In this document: piece by piece, positions 8,427-18,790 of the stretch
How positions within the stretch are numbered: position 1 is the stretch's first letter
How the letters are laid out: every line of letters begins with the position of its first letter
Position numbers and translations under genes: made by a program
Source of the DNA: Corynebacterium glutamicum ATCC 13032
GTDB taxonomy: Bacteria; Actinomycetota; Actinomycetes; Mycobacteriales; Mycobacteriaceae
Assembly (NCBI RefSeq): GCF_000011325.1
Contig: NC_003450.3
Coordinates: 930,001-962,000, forward strand
Length of the DNA: 32,000 bases
Direction: 5' to 3'
Notes under the pieces: generated by a model
Told to the model about the DNA's origin: nothing
Database searches by the model: none
Seen by the model: only the letters and a program-made list of their open reading frames with translations

Positions 8427-9629
8427 ATGTCCGGAACCTCCCCAAAACTAAAAGTCTTTACCTTTCTAGCTGTCCTCGTGGCAGCTTTTAATTTGCGCTC
8501 AGCCATCGTGTCGGTCGGCGCAGTGCTTGATGATCTCGTCCATGATTTTGGGGCGTCCGGATCAACCGCAGGAATTATCACAGCCATACCAGGAATCGCC
8601 TTCGGCATTTTTGGTGTGGCTGCTGTGCCTTTAGCGAAGAAAATCGGACTCAGTGGTGCACTTACATCCGGAATGATCGTTGGACTCATCGGGTTGTCAA
8701 TCCGCCCATGGGTCGGCAACATTTGGGCATTTATCTTCCTCACCGGCTTCGTGGTGATGGGAATTGCGGTCGCCAACATTTTGCTTCCGGCGTGGATCAA
8801 ACTCCACGGTGGCAAAAGCACTGTCGCATTGATGACGGTGTACACCACCGTGCTTGGTGTTGGATCTACCTTGGGGCCGTTGTCCACATTGCTGTTTAGC
8901 GGATCGAATGCGTGGCGCTGGGCAATCTTTATTTGGGCACTTCCTGCCGTTTTGCAGGTGGCAATCTGGCTGCCCATGTGGTGGGACAAGAAGTATGACT
9001 TCCCAGCCGAGACTGTGAAATCTGGTTCGACTGGAAAGATCTGGACATCGCCAACAGCATTCTTCATCATGCTGTTCTTCGGTTTGCAGTCCATGAACGC
9101 ATATATCCAAATGGGATGGCTGCCCAAAATCTTTATCGATGCAGGTGTAAGTCCCGCACATGCCTCTATCGGATTGTCGATTGTGGGCATCATGGGCATT
9201 GTTGGTGGATTCACCATGCCTGTCGCAATCGCTAGGACCAGGGATAAGAACCTCGTGTGGTTCCCCGTGGTCTTTGGTGCATCGATGTTCCTCGGTTATG
9301 TGGGAACGTGGCTGTGGCCGTCCCAAGGCTGGTACCTGTGGTCATTCCTTCTTGGTTTAGGTGGACTCTGCTTCCCGATGGCTATCGCCCTGATTCCAGC
9401 GCGTACGAAAGATCCGAGAATTACCGCAAGCTTGTCTGGATTTGTGCAGCCGGTGGGTTACATTCTTGCAGCCCTTGGGCCATTGGCAGTGGGAGCGATC
9501 TACCAGGCGATTGGCTCCTGGTCAGAGATCCTCGTTGGTTTGGCCTTGGGCACAGTAGTGTTGTCGATTGTGGGATTCAGAGCAGCACGCAATGTGACGG
9601 TTGATGATGAATTGAGGAGATCAAAGTAG
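8427..9629 (+). CDS. MFS transporter (CynX/cyanate-permease-like)
   Basis: 400-aa ATG ORF that is hydrophobic throughout with ~12 predicted TM segments in a 6+6 layout. The opposite-strand 473-aa ORF is rejected (see noticed_but_rejected). Confidence 0.85.
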   Translation: MSGTSPKLKVFTFLAVLVAAFNLRSAIVSVGAVLDDLVHDFGASGSTAGIITAIPGIAFGIFGVAAVPLAKKIGLSGALTSGMIVGLIGLSIRPWVGNIWAFIFLTGFVVMGIAVANILLPAWIKLHGGKSTVALMTVYTTVLGVGSTLGPLSTLLFSGSNAWRWAIFIWALPAVLQVAIWLPMWWDKKYDFPAETVKSGSTGKIWTSPTAFFIMLFFGLQSMNAYIQMGWLPKIFIDAGVSPAHASIGLSIVGIMGIVGGFTMPVAIARTRDKNLVWFPVVFGASMFLGYVGTWLWPSQGWYLWSFLLGLGGLCFPMAIALIPARTKDPRITASLSGFVQPVGYILAALGPLAVGAIYQAIGSWSEILVGLALGTVVLSIVGFRAARNVTVDDELRRSK

Positions 9630-9685
9630 CCTCAACTAAGCGTCACGATAAGAACGAGGGGCAAGGCTGATGTACTCTGTCAACC

Positions 9686-10093
9686 ATGGATAAACCGGTC
9701 GTGAGGGATGCAGCTCTGCTGATTTTTCGCGCTGTGCTCGGAGTGATCTTTGTGGCACACGGGTGGGAAAAGCTGTTCATCTCCGGAGTTACCAAGACAA
9801 CAGGACAATTTTCAGCCTGGGGAGTGCCTCAACCCAAGCTCTCGGTGTGGATCACATCGATCTCTGAGCTGCTCGGTGGTGCCTTCCTAGTGGTTGGTTT
9901 GCTCACCACCTTTGTTGCTGGTGCATTAGCGCTGTTGATCGCCGCTGCTATTTACTTTGTGCACTTGAGTTCGGGCTTTTTCACAGTTGAGAACGGCATC
10001 GAATTCCCCTTGCTCATCATTGTTTCTTTGCTCGTGATCGTTGTGTTTGGTTCTGGTAGAGCCAGCGTTGATGGGGTGCTCACGCGTGGTTGA
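9686..10093 (+). CDS. DoxX-family membrane protein
   Basis: 135 aa with four TM helices and the DoxX N-terminal pattern LLIFRAVLGVIFVAHGWEKL. Confidence 0.85.
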   Translation: MDKPVVRDAALLIFRAVLGVIFVAHGWEKLFISGVTKTTGQFSAWGVPQPKLSVWITSISELLGGAFLVVGLLTTFVAGALALLIAAAIYFVHLSSGFFTVENGIEFPLLIIVSLLVIVVFGSGRASVDGVLTRG

Positions 10094-10757
10094 CTGTAGT
10101 GCCATTCAAGCCGCGCTGTCCGCCAAATTAGATGGTGAGCCGACAGGCTTGGATGATGCAGTAATTGAAGCGCACCTCGCTAATTGTGAAGAGTGCAGAA
10201 ATTACTACAACCGTGCTGCTGAGTTGAATCGGATGCTCAATTTTTGCGCCGCGGAACCTCGCACCCTGACCCCGCCTGATCTATCAGAGATCATTCTGGC
10301 AGAGGTGGAACCAGAATGGCGCAGGCATGCCAACGCCAAGGTTGTGGGATCCCTGCTATCGCGGGTGTTGTTGGTGATCCTGGGTGTGGTTTACCTCGCC
10401 TGGGGTATCACAATGTTGGGGGATTCGGCGTCGATAAGCGTCCAAGAAGACCCGCTCACCTCGCGCCTGCTCGCGGAGGCCGTTGCCTACCGCATTGCTC
10501 TTTCTGTGGGGCTGTTATTTGCGGCGTGGAAGCCGCGGATTATCGCGGGCATGCTCCCGATTTTTGGAACGTTGTGGACATTTAGTGCTGGTTTTGCTGC
10601 GCGCGATCTCGTGTTTGGCGTCGCCGATTCACAGACGGGACTGTCCATTGGTCTGCTGTTGATTTCTACGATTGTGCTGTCGTTTGCGTTGGTGAATAGT
10701 TCTGGACCGGGTATTTTGCGGCGCACATGGAACTCATTGAACGCCGCGCCCGGCTAA
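10086..10757 (+). CDS. Zinc-binding anti-sigma-factor-like (ZAS, zf-HC2) multi-pass membrane protein
   Basis: The N-terminus carries C-x25-H-x3-C-x2-C (VDCSAIQ...EAHLANCEEC), followed by 4-5 TM helices. The start is uncertain: GTG 10086 overlaps the DoxX stop (GTGGTTGA), and the ORF is open from 10041. Confidence 0.7.
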   Translation: MVDCSAIQAALSAKLDGEPTGLDDAVIEAHLANCEECRNYYNRAAELNRMLNFCAAEPRTLTPPDLSEIILAEVEPEWRRHANAKVVGSLLSRVLLVILGVVYLAWGITMLGDSASISVQEDPLTSRLLAEAVAYRIALSVGLLFAAWKPRIIAGMLPIFGTLWTFSAGFAARDLVFGVADSQTGLSIGLLLISTIVLSFALVNSSGPGILRRTWNSLNAAPG

Positions 10758-10767
10758 GGTGGGAGGC

Positions 10768-11928
10768 ATGAGTTTTGCTGAACATGCGATCATCTGGCAC
10801 GTCTACCCCCTGGGCGCTTTGGGTGCTCCCATCCGGCCTGAAGCCCCCGCACCTGTCACACATCGGCTCCCCAATCTAATTGGGTGGCTGGATTATGTTG
10901 TCGAACTAGGCTGCAACGCCCTCATGCTGGGACCGGTATTCGAGTCCGTCAGCCACGGCTACGACACCCTCGATTTCTACCGCATCGACCCGCGCCTCGG
11001 CACCGAGGAAGACATGGACGCGCTGCTGGAGGCTGCGAATCAGCGGGGCATTGGAGTGCTTTTCGACGGCGTCTTCAATCATGTTTCCAGTTCCTCTAAA
11101 TATCTCGACCTGACCACCGGGGCGTCATTTGAAGGCCACGACATCCTGGCGGAACTCGACCACACGAATCCCGCCGTAGTGGATCTGGTTGTCGATGTCA
11201 TGAACCACTGGCTCGACCGCGGAATCGCAGGCTGGCGACTCGACGCTGTCTACGCCATCGCCCCTGAATTTTGGGAAAAAGTCCTGCCAGAAGTGCGACG
11301 AAAACACCCACACGCATGGATCGTGGGGGAGATGATCCATGGAGATTACTCCGACTACGTGAAAAGCTCCGGCATTGATTCCGTTACCGAATACGAACTG
11401 TGGAAAGCCATTTGGAGCAGCATCAAAGAGCGCAATTTCTTTGAACTCGAATGGACTTTGAGTCGCCACAATGAATTCCTCGATACTTTCGTACCGCAGA
11501 CATTCATTGGTAACCATGACGTCACCCGCATTGCCACCCGAATCGGTCAATCAAATGCGATCCTGGCCGCAGCGATCCTCTTCACGGTCGGAGGAACCCC
11601 AAGCATTTACTACGGCGATGAGCAGGGCTTTACGGGATTGAAAGAGGATAACGTTTTCGGTGACGATGCCATTAGGCCACCTCTTCCTGCCGAGTTTTCT
11701 CCACTGGGCACCTGGATTGAAAACATTTATAAGGCTCTGATCGCGCTGCGCAGGCAACACCCGTGGTTGTATCAGGCGCACACCGAAGTCCTTGAGATTG
11801 CTAATGAAGCGATGACCTATAAGTCCGTCGGTCTTGGAGGTGAAGAGCTGACAGTGCATCTTGATTTGGAAGAGGTGTCTGTTCGGATCCTTGATGGCGA
11901 GAAGGTGCTGTTTCAGTACAGCGCTTAG
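10768..11928 (+). CDS. Glycoside hydrolase family 13 (alpha-amylase family) enzyme, compact form
   Basis: All four GH13 conserved regions are present: DGVFNHV (I), GWRLDAVYA (II, nucleophile Asp), IVGEMIHG (III, Glu) and FIGNHDV (IV). The ATG at 10768 follows AAGGTGGGAGG. Confidence 0.85.
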   Translation: MSFAEHAIIWHVYPLGALGAPIRPEAPAPVTHRLPNLIGWLDYVVELGCNALMLGPVFESVSHGYDTLDFYRIDPRLGTEEDMDALLEAANQRGIGVLFDGVFNHVSSSSKYLDLTTGASFEGHDILAELDHTNPAVVDLVVDVMNHWLDRGIAGWRLDAVYAIAPEFWEKVLPEVRRKHPHAWIVGEMIHGDYSDYVKSSGIDSVTEYELWKAIWSSIKERNFFELEWTLSRHNEFLDTFVPQTFIGNHDVTRIATRIGQSNAILAAAILFTVGGTPSIYYGDEQGFTGLKEDNVFGDDAIRPPLPAEFSPLGTWIENIYKALIALRRQHPWLYQAHTEVLEIANEAMTYKSVGLGGEELTVHLDLEEVSVRILDGEKVLFQYSA

Positions 11929-11961
11929 TTGTCGGTTCAAGGGTAGGGGAACAAAATTGCG

Positions 11962-12010
11962 AAAATACACCACAAATCACTTGATAATGGTGACGTGTGG
12001 TGTATTTTTG
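11962..12010 (+). terminator. Hairpin downstream of the GH13 gene (putative terminator)
   Basis: 13-bp perfect stem AAAATACACCACA (11962-11974) / TGTGGTGTATTTT (11996-12008) with a 21-nt loop, running into TTTTTG. Confidence 0.5.
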
Positions 12011-12313
12011 CGCTTCTGGTTCGATTCGATGCAAAAATCTGTTCGATTTTAAGGTCTGGCCACAGGTTTGTGGTGAGTTCTTGATCAGCAAGCTCGCAGG
12101 AATCACACCTGACCCACTGGCCTCAAAATGAGGGGCTCCCAGAATCGCTTGTAAGCGCCCAAATACGCTCGACCCATGCCCAAACCTGCTTTGAGGAAGT
12201 CCAACCCCTTAAATCGCCTTCTCCAGTCAAGGCGCATGCCAAACCAGGTGACCGAAAAACCTCCGGCCGATCAATTTCGGCCATATGGGACGGTTATCCG
12301 CTCTCAAAACCAA

Positions 12314-12361
12314 ACCAGGTGACCAGTCGCTCTAGGAAATGAGCTGCGTCGGTCACCTGGT
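12314..12361 (-). terminator. Hairpin just downstream of pmt (putative terminator)
   Basis: 11-bp perfect stem ACCAGGTGACC (12314-12324) / GGTCACCTGGT (12351-12361) with a 26-nt loop. On the minus strand it is followed by TTGGTTTT and starts 17 nt after the pmt stop. Confidence 0.5.
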
Positions 12362-12377
12362 GCGGTAAAAGGGGAGG

Positions 12378-13940
12378 TTAGCGCCAGCTTGGGAACCACA
12401 TCAAGGATTCGTAGACATAATCTGGGATGACAAATCCGTAAAACAGTGGCGAAAACGCGAGAAACATCATCACCACGAGGGAAATGTAGGTGACCACTGC
12501 CATTGATCCGCGGGTTAAGCCAGTGGGGGTCATTTTTCCACGGCCCCACAGTTCACCGCAGGCGAGTGCCAACATGATGATGGTGAATGGAACTAGGGCG
12601 GTGGCGTAGAAGAAGTACATTTGGCGGTCGTATGCTGCAAGCCACGGTAAAAATCCTGCGGCGAAAGCAACCAGCGGGACAACATAGCCACGACTCCGAC
12701 GTGCGAAGAAAGACCACAGCGCCCACAGAATGACTGGGACTGTCAGCCACCAAATGGCGGGCGTGCCGAAGAGGTAGATCATGCGTCGGCAGGTGCCGCC
12801 AACGTCGCAGGAGATGTCGGTGGAGGAGAAGTAGAGGATGGGTCGACCGGAGACAAGCCAGGCCCACGGCTTGGAATCCCAGGGGTGGCTGTGACCTGAG
12901 GATGTGGTCAGTGAGCCGTGGAATTCCAGGACGCTGATGTGATAGTGGATCCAGCCCGCAATTGACTCAGGGAAGAGCTGCAGGATGGAGTCTTCTGTGA
13001 TGGTGCCGTCTGTTTTGGCGTGGCGGTAGACGGAGGTTTCGGAGGCGAACCAGGCTCGCCAGCTCCAGATATAAAGCAGGGCAGGGATGATCACCAAGGA
13101 GCCGAGCGCTGGGATGACGTCATTTTTTAGGGTGCCGGTGACGTAGCGTCGGACGCCGTAGCGTTTGCGCAGCCACAAGTCTAGGAACACGCTGGTCAGG
13201 CCGAAGAATGCGATGTAGTACAGTCCGGACCATTTGACGGAGAGCGCGAGACCAAGGAATACACCTGTGGTGAAACGCCACCATCGGAAGCCGAATCGGG
13301 GGCCAAAGTCTTTGGTGATTTGGCCGTTGGTGAGGAGTAAATCGTTGAGGCGTTGGTGCATTTGTTGGTGGTCTCGGATCAATGCCCATGCTGCTGCGGT
13401 GATGAAGAAAACAAGGAAGATGTCCAGCATGCCGAAGCGTGATGAGACGAGGAGGACGCCGTCGGCAAGCGCGAGAATTCCGGCGATGAAAGTCACCATG
13501 GTGGATCCGCTGAGGCGCCGCGCGATTGCCATGATGGCGAAAATGGTGAGTGTTCCGAAAATGGCGACCATGATGCGCCAGCCGAGGGGGGTGTATCCGA
13601 AGACCCATTCACCGAGTGCTTCAAGTTGTTTGGCCAACGGTGGGTGAACGACGAGTCCGTAGCCGGGGTTGGATTCAATGCCGCCGGTGATGGGGTTGAT
13701 CCAGGAGCGGACCATGTCCCAGGCTTGTGGGACGTAGTGTTTTTCATCAAAAACTGGGGTGCCTGAGGCGGTTGCACTGCTCAAACCTGTAAAACGCGTG
13801 ACTAAAGCAAACACCGCGATGATCGCCCAGGTATAGGTATCCAGGCGGGTCCACTTGAACTTTGGCGGTGCGGGCGGGAGAGTACCAGCGAAAATCCCCT
13901 GGTCCCGCCCCTGGTCACGAACAGGTAGGGCTTGGCTCAC
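12378..13940 (-). CDS. pmt: Protein O-mannosyltransferase (GT-C fold, PMT family)
   Basis: 520-aa polytopic membrane protein with a GTG start. The loop-1 acidic motif VFDEKHYV is typical of PMT enzymes. It matches my recollection of C. glutamicum Pmt in size and context. Confidence 0.9.
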   Translation of the reverse strand: MSQALPVRDQGRDQGIFAGTLPPAPPKFKWTRLDTYTWAIIAVFALVTRFTGLSSATASGTPVFDEKHYVPQAWDMVRSWINPITGGIESNPGYGLVVHPPLAKQLEALGEWVFGYTPLGWRIMVAIFGTLTIFAIMAIARRLSGSTMVTFIAGILALADGVLLVSSRFGMLDIFLVFFITAAAWALIRDHQQMHQRLNDLLLTNGQITKDFGPRFGFRWWRFTTGVFLGLALSVKWSGLYYIAFFGLTSVFLDLWLRKRYGVRRYVTGTLKNDVIPALGSLVIIPALLYIWSWRAWFASETSVYRHAKTDGTITEDSILQLFPESIAGWIHYHISVLEFHGSLTTSSGHSHPWDSKPWAWLVSGRPILYFSSTDISCDVGGTCRRMIYLFGTPAIWWLTVPVILWALWSFFARRSRGYVVPLVAFAAGFLPWLAAYDRQMYFFYATALVPFTIIMLALACGELWGRGKMTPTGLTRGSMAVVTYISLVVMMFLAFSPLFYGFVIPDYVYESLMWFPSWR

Positions 13941-13987
13941 TCGGTTGATTGTAGAGCCTTGGCGCGCATTTGTGGGAAGCTAGATGC

Positions 13988-14836
13988 ATGCATGTTGCTG
14001 AATTATCTTTGCCCACTGGAATTATTATCGCGGCGACTCCGCTCGGCAACATTGGGGATGCGTCTCCGCGCCTGGTCCACGCGCTTGCCAACGCCACTGT
14101 GGTAGCTGCGGAGGATACCCGCAGGACGGCGTCCTTGGCTGCTGCGTTGGGGGTGGAAATTAAGGGGCAGTTGGTCTCGAACTTTGACCATAATGAACAG
14201 GCGCGCGTCGGCAAGCTTATTGAAGCAGCGCGCACGGGCACGGTGCTGGTGGTCAGCGATGCCGGCATGCCTGTGGTTTCTGATCCGGGTTTTGCGCTTA
14301 TCGACGCCGCCCACGACGCGAACATTCCGGTCACCTGCTTCCCCGGGCCGTCAGCTGTGCCAACTGCGTTGGCATTGTCGGGCCTTCACGTGGGCCGCTT
14401 TGCCTTCGACGGTTTCGCGCCGCGCAAACAAGGTGCGCGCACCACGTGGTTGGAGTCGTTGAAAACCGAAAAGCGCGCGGTATGTTTCTTCGAATCTCCT
14501 CACCGCATCGCAGAAACCCTGGCTCACGCTGCCGAAGTTTTAGGTGAACGACGCGTAGCAGTGTGCCGTGAACTGTCCAAAACCTACGAACAGGTAAAGC
14601 GTGGAACCTTGCCAGAGTTGGCAGAATGGGCACAAGATGGGGTGCGTGGCGAGATCACCGTTGTCATCGAAGGCGCGGGCGATATCGCGGCCGACGTCGA
14701 TTCGCTTATCGACGCCGCCCAGCAGCGCGTCGATTCCGGCGAGCGGTTGAAAGCGGTGTGCGCAGACCTCGCGAAAATCCATGGCGTGAGCAAAAATGAA
14801 CTCTACGATGCGGTTATTTCTGCCAGGGAAAATTAA
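13988..14836 (+). CDS. rsmI: 16S rRNA (cytidine1402-2'-O)-methyltransferase RsmI (tetrapyrrole-methylase fold)
   Basis: Motifs TPLGNIGDASPR, EDTRRT and SDAGMPVVSDPG are present. The ATG at 13988 is preferred; the TTG at 13970 is possible. Divergent from pmt. Confidence 0.88.
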   Translation: MHVAELSLPTGIIIAATPLGNIGDASPRLVHALANATVVAAEDTRRTASLAAALGVEIKGQLVSNFDHNEQARVGKLIEAARTGTVLVVSDAGMPVVSDPGFALIDAAHDANIPVTCFPGPSAVPTALALSGLHVGRFAFDGFAPRKQGARTTWLESLKTEKRAVCFFESPHRIAETLAHAAEVLGERRVAVCRELSKTYEQVKRGTLPELAEWAQDGVRGEITVVIEGAGDIAADVDSLIDAAQQRVDSGERLKAVCADLAKIHGVSKNELYDAVISAREN

Positions 14837-14938
14837 TCGTTATGTCATTGTGATGCTCCCGTGAACATAAACGGGACTTACTGGCTTTACTTAAGTAACA
14901 GCTATGTAAAAGACCAGGTCAGGTTCGGGTCGGTTTAG

Positions 14939-16783
<1,845 letters not shown>

Positions 16784-16839
16784 GCAATTTTTAACCCCTG
16801 ATACCCCTTTCCGGCCGGGCATAAATTAAGGTGGTACGC

Positions 16840-18672
16840 ATGACGAAGAACGTGCTCGTATCTGTTGCCTGGCCGTATGCCAACGGACCCCGTCACATTG
16901 GACATGTGGCGGGGTTTGGTGTCCCCTCCGATGTGTTCGCAAGGTTCCAGCGAATGTCTGGCAACAACGTGCTCATGGTGTCCGGCACCGATGAGCACGG
17001 CACGCCACTTCTGGTTCAAGCAGACAAAGAAGGCGTCACCGTTCAAGACCTAGCGGATAAGTACAACCGCCAGATCGTCGAAGACCTCACCGGCCTGGGC
17101 CTGTCCTATGACCTTTTCACCCGCACCACCACCTCCAACCACTACGCAGTAGTGCAGGAACTGTTCCGTGGTCTGTACGACAACGGTTACATGATCAAGG
17201 AAACCACCCTCGGTGCGATTTCCCCATCCACTGGCCGTACCCTGCCAGACCGCTACATTGAAGGCACCTGCCCAATCTGTGGCACCGACGGCGCTCGTGG
17301 CGACCAGTGCGACAACTGCGGAAACCAGCTCGATCCAGCGGACCTGATCAACCCGGTGTCCAAGATCAACGGCGAAACCCCAGAGTTCGTTGAGACCGAA
17401 CACTTCCTGCTCGACCTGCCAGCACTGGCTGAAGCACTAACCGAGTGGCTGAAGGGACGCGAAGACTGGCGTCCAAACGTGTTGAAGTTCTCGCTCAACC
17501 TGCTGGACGATATCCGCCCACGCGCAATGTCGCGCGATATCGACTGGGGCATCCCAATCCCAGTTGAAGGATGGCAAGACAACAACGCCAAGAAGCTCTA
17601 CGTCTGGTTCGACGCTGTCGTGGGCTACTTGTCCGCATCCATCGAATGGGCCTACCGCTCCGGCGACCCAGAAGCATGGCGCACCTTCTGGAATGATCCA
17701 GAAACCAAGTCCTACTACTTCATGGGCAAAGACAACATCACCTTCCACTCCCAGATCTGGCCAGCGGAGCTTCTCGGCTACGCAGGCAAGGGCTCCCGCG
17801 GTGGAGAAATCGGTGACCTGGGTGTTCTGAACCTGCCTACTGAGGTTGTTTCCTCTGAGTTCCTGACTATGTCTGGATCCAAGTTCTCCTCATCCAAGGG
17901 CGTTGTCATCTACGTGAAGGACTTCCTCAAGGAGTTCGGCCCAGATGCGCTGCGATACTTCATCGCTGTCGCAGGCCCAGAAAACAACGACACCGACTTC
18001 ACCTGGGATGAATTTGTCCGCCGCGTAAATAACGAGCTGGCAAACGGCTGGGGCAACCTGGTCAACCGCACTGTATCCATGGCGCACAAGAACTTCGGTG
18101 AAGTACCAGTACCTGGCGCACTGGAAGAATCTGACAAGAAGATCCTTGATCTTGCTACCGCTGCCTTTGAATCCGTTGCTGCGAACCTGGATCAGTCCAA
18201 GTTCAAGGCCGGTATCTCTGAAATCATGCACGTTGTCGGTGAGGCCAACGCCTACATCGCAGAGCAAGAACCATGGAAGCTTGCCAAGGATGACACCAAG
18301 CGCGAGCGTCTTGCCACCGTGCTGTGGACTGCGCTGCAGGTTGTTTCTGACTGCAACACCATGCTGACCCCATACCTGCCACACACCGCCCAAAAGGTGC
18401 ATGAGACCTTGGGCCGTGATGGAATCTGGGCTGCAACACCACAGATCGTGGAAGTCACCAACGAATCACCACGCCAGCCAATCGGCGTGGGGCTACCAGA
18501 TCCAGAGCACACCTACCCAGTAATCATGGGCGACTACAAGACCCAGCTGGCTAAGTGGCAGCGCATCGACGTTGTGCCAGGCACCACCTTGGAGAAGCCA
18601 GCACCGCTGATTGCTAAGCTCGATCCAGAACTTGGTGAAACCGGCCCAGAATGGGCACCAGTGCAGAACTAA
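16840..18672 (+). CDS. metG: Methionine--tRNA ligase
   Basis: It has the class I HIGH motif (PRHIGH), the zinc knuckles CPICG...CDNCG and a KMSKS-type loop (GSKFSSSKG). The ATG at 16840 follows AAGGTGG. Confidence 0.95.
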
Positions 18673-18691
18673 AGCATCTTTAGCATGAACC

Positions 18692-18735
18692 GAGCAGGTT
18701 GATCAGAAACATCTGATTGACCTGCTCTTATTAGT
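18692..18735 (+). terminator. Rho-independent terminator of metG
   Basis: 16-bp stem 18692-18707 / 18712-18727 (GAGCAGGTTGATCAGA aaca TCTGATTGACCTGCTC, two G-U pairs) followed by TTATTAGTT. Confidence 0.7.
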
Positions 18736-18790
18736 TGGCGGGGGTGGGGCGGGGGAGTGTGTGTCCACCCCGTGGTGTTAGGTGGAAGGC

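Noticed and set aside
7796-9217. 473-aa ORF on the minus strand, the longest ORF in this part of the window
   Set aside because: It lies antisense to two well-supported plus-strand genes (the acidic membrane protein and the MFS transporter). Its translation is low-complexity and Cys/His/Pro/Thr-rich with no motif, and it has no RBS. This is a typical shadow ORF.
11929-12300. Searched the long intergenic region, and the GGTTCGGACC-type strings elsewhere, for tRNA or known sRNA
   Set aside because: I could not fold a cloverleaf and found no T-loop GGTTCGAATCC-type consensus or anticodon arm. Nothing supports an RNA gene call without covariance-model tools.
18737-18757. G-rich tract GGCGGGGGTGGGGCGGGGGAG upstream of the RecQ-like helicase as a G-quadruplex
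   Set aside because: Only three G-runs of 3 or more are present (G5, G4, G5) plus a G2. A canonical four-tract G4 is not available, and the link to the helicase would be pure speculation.
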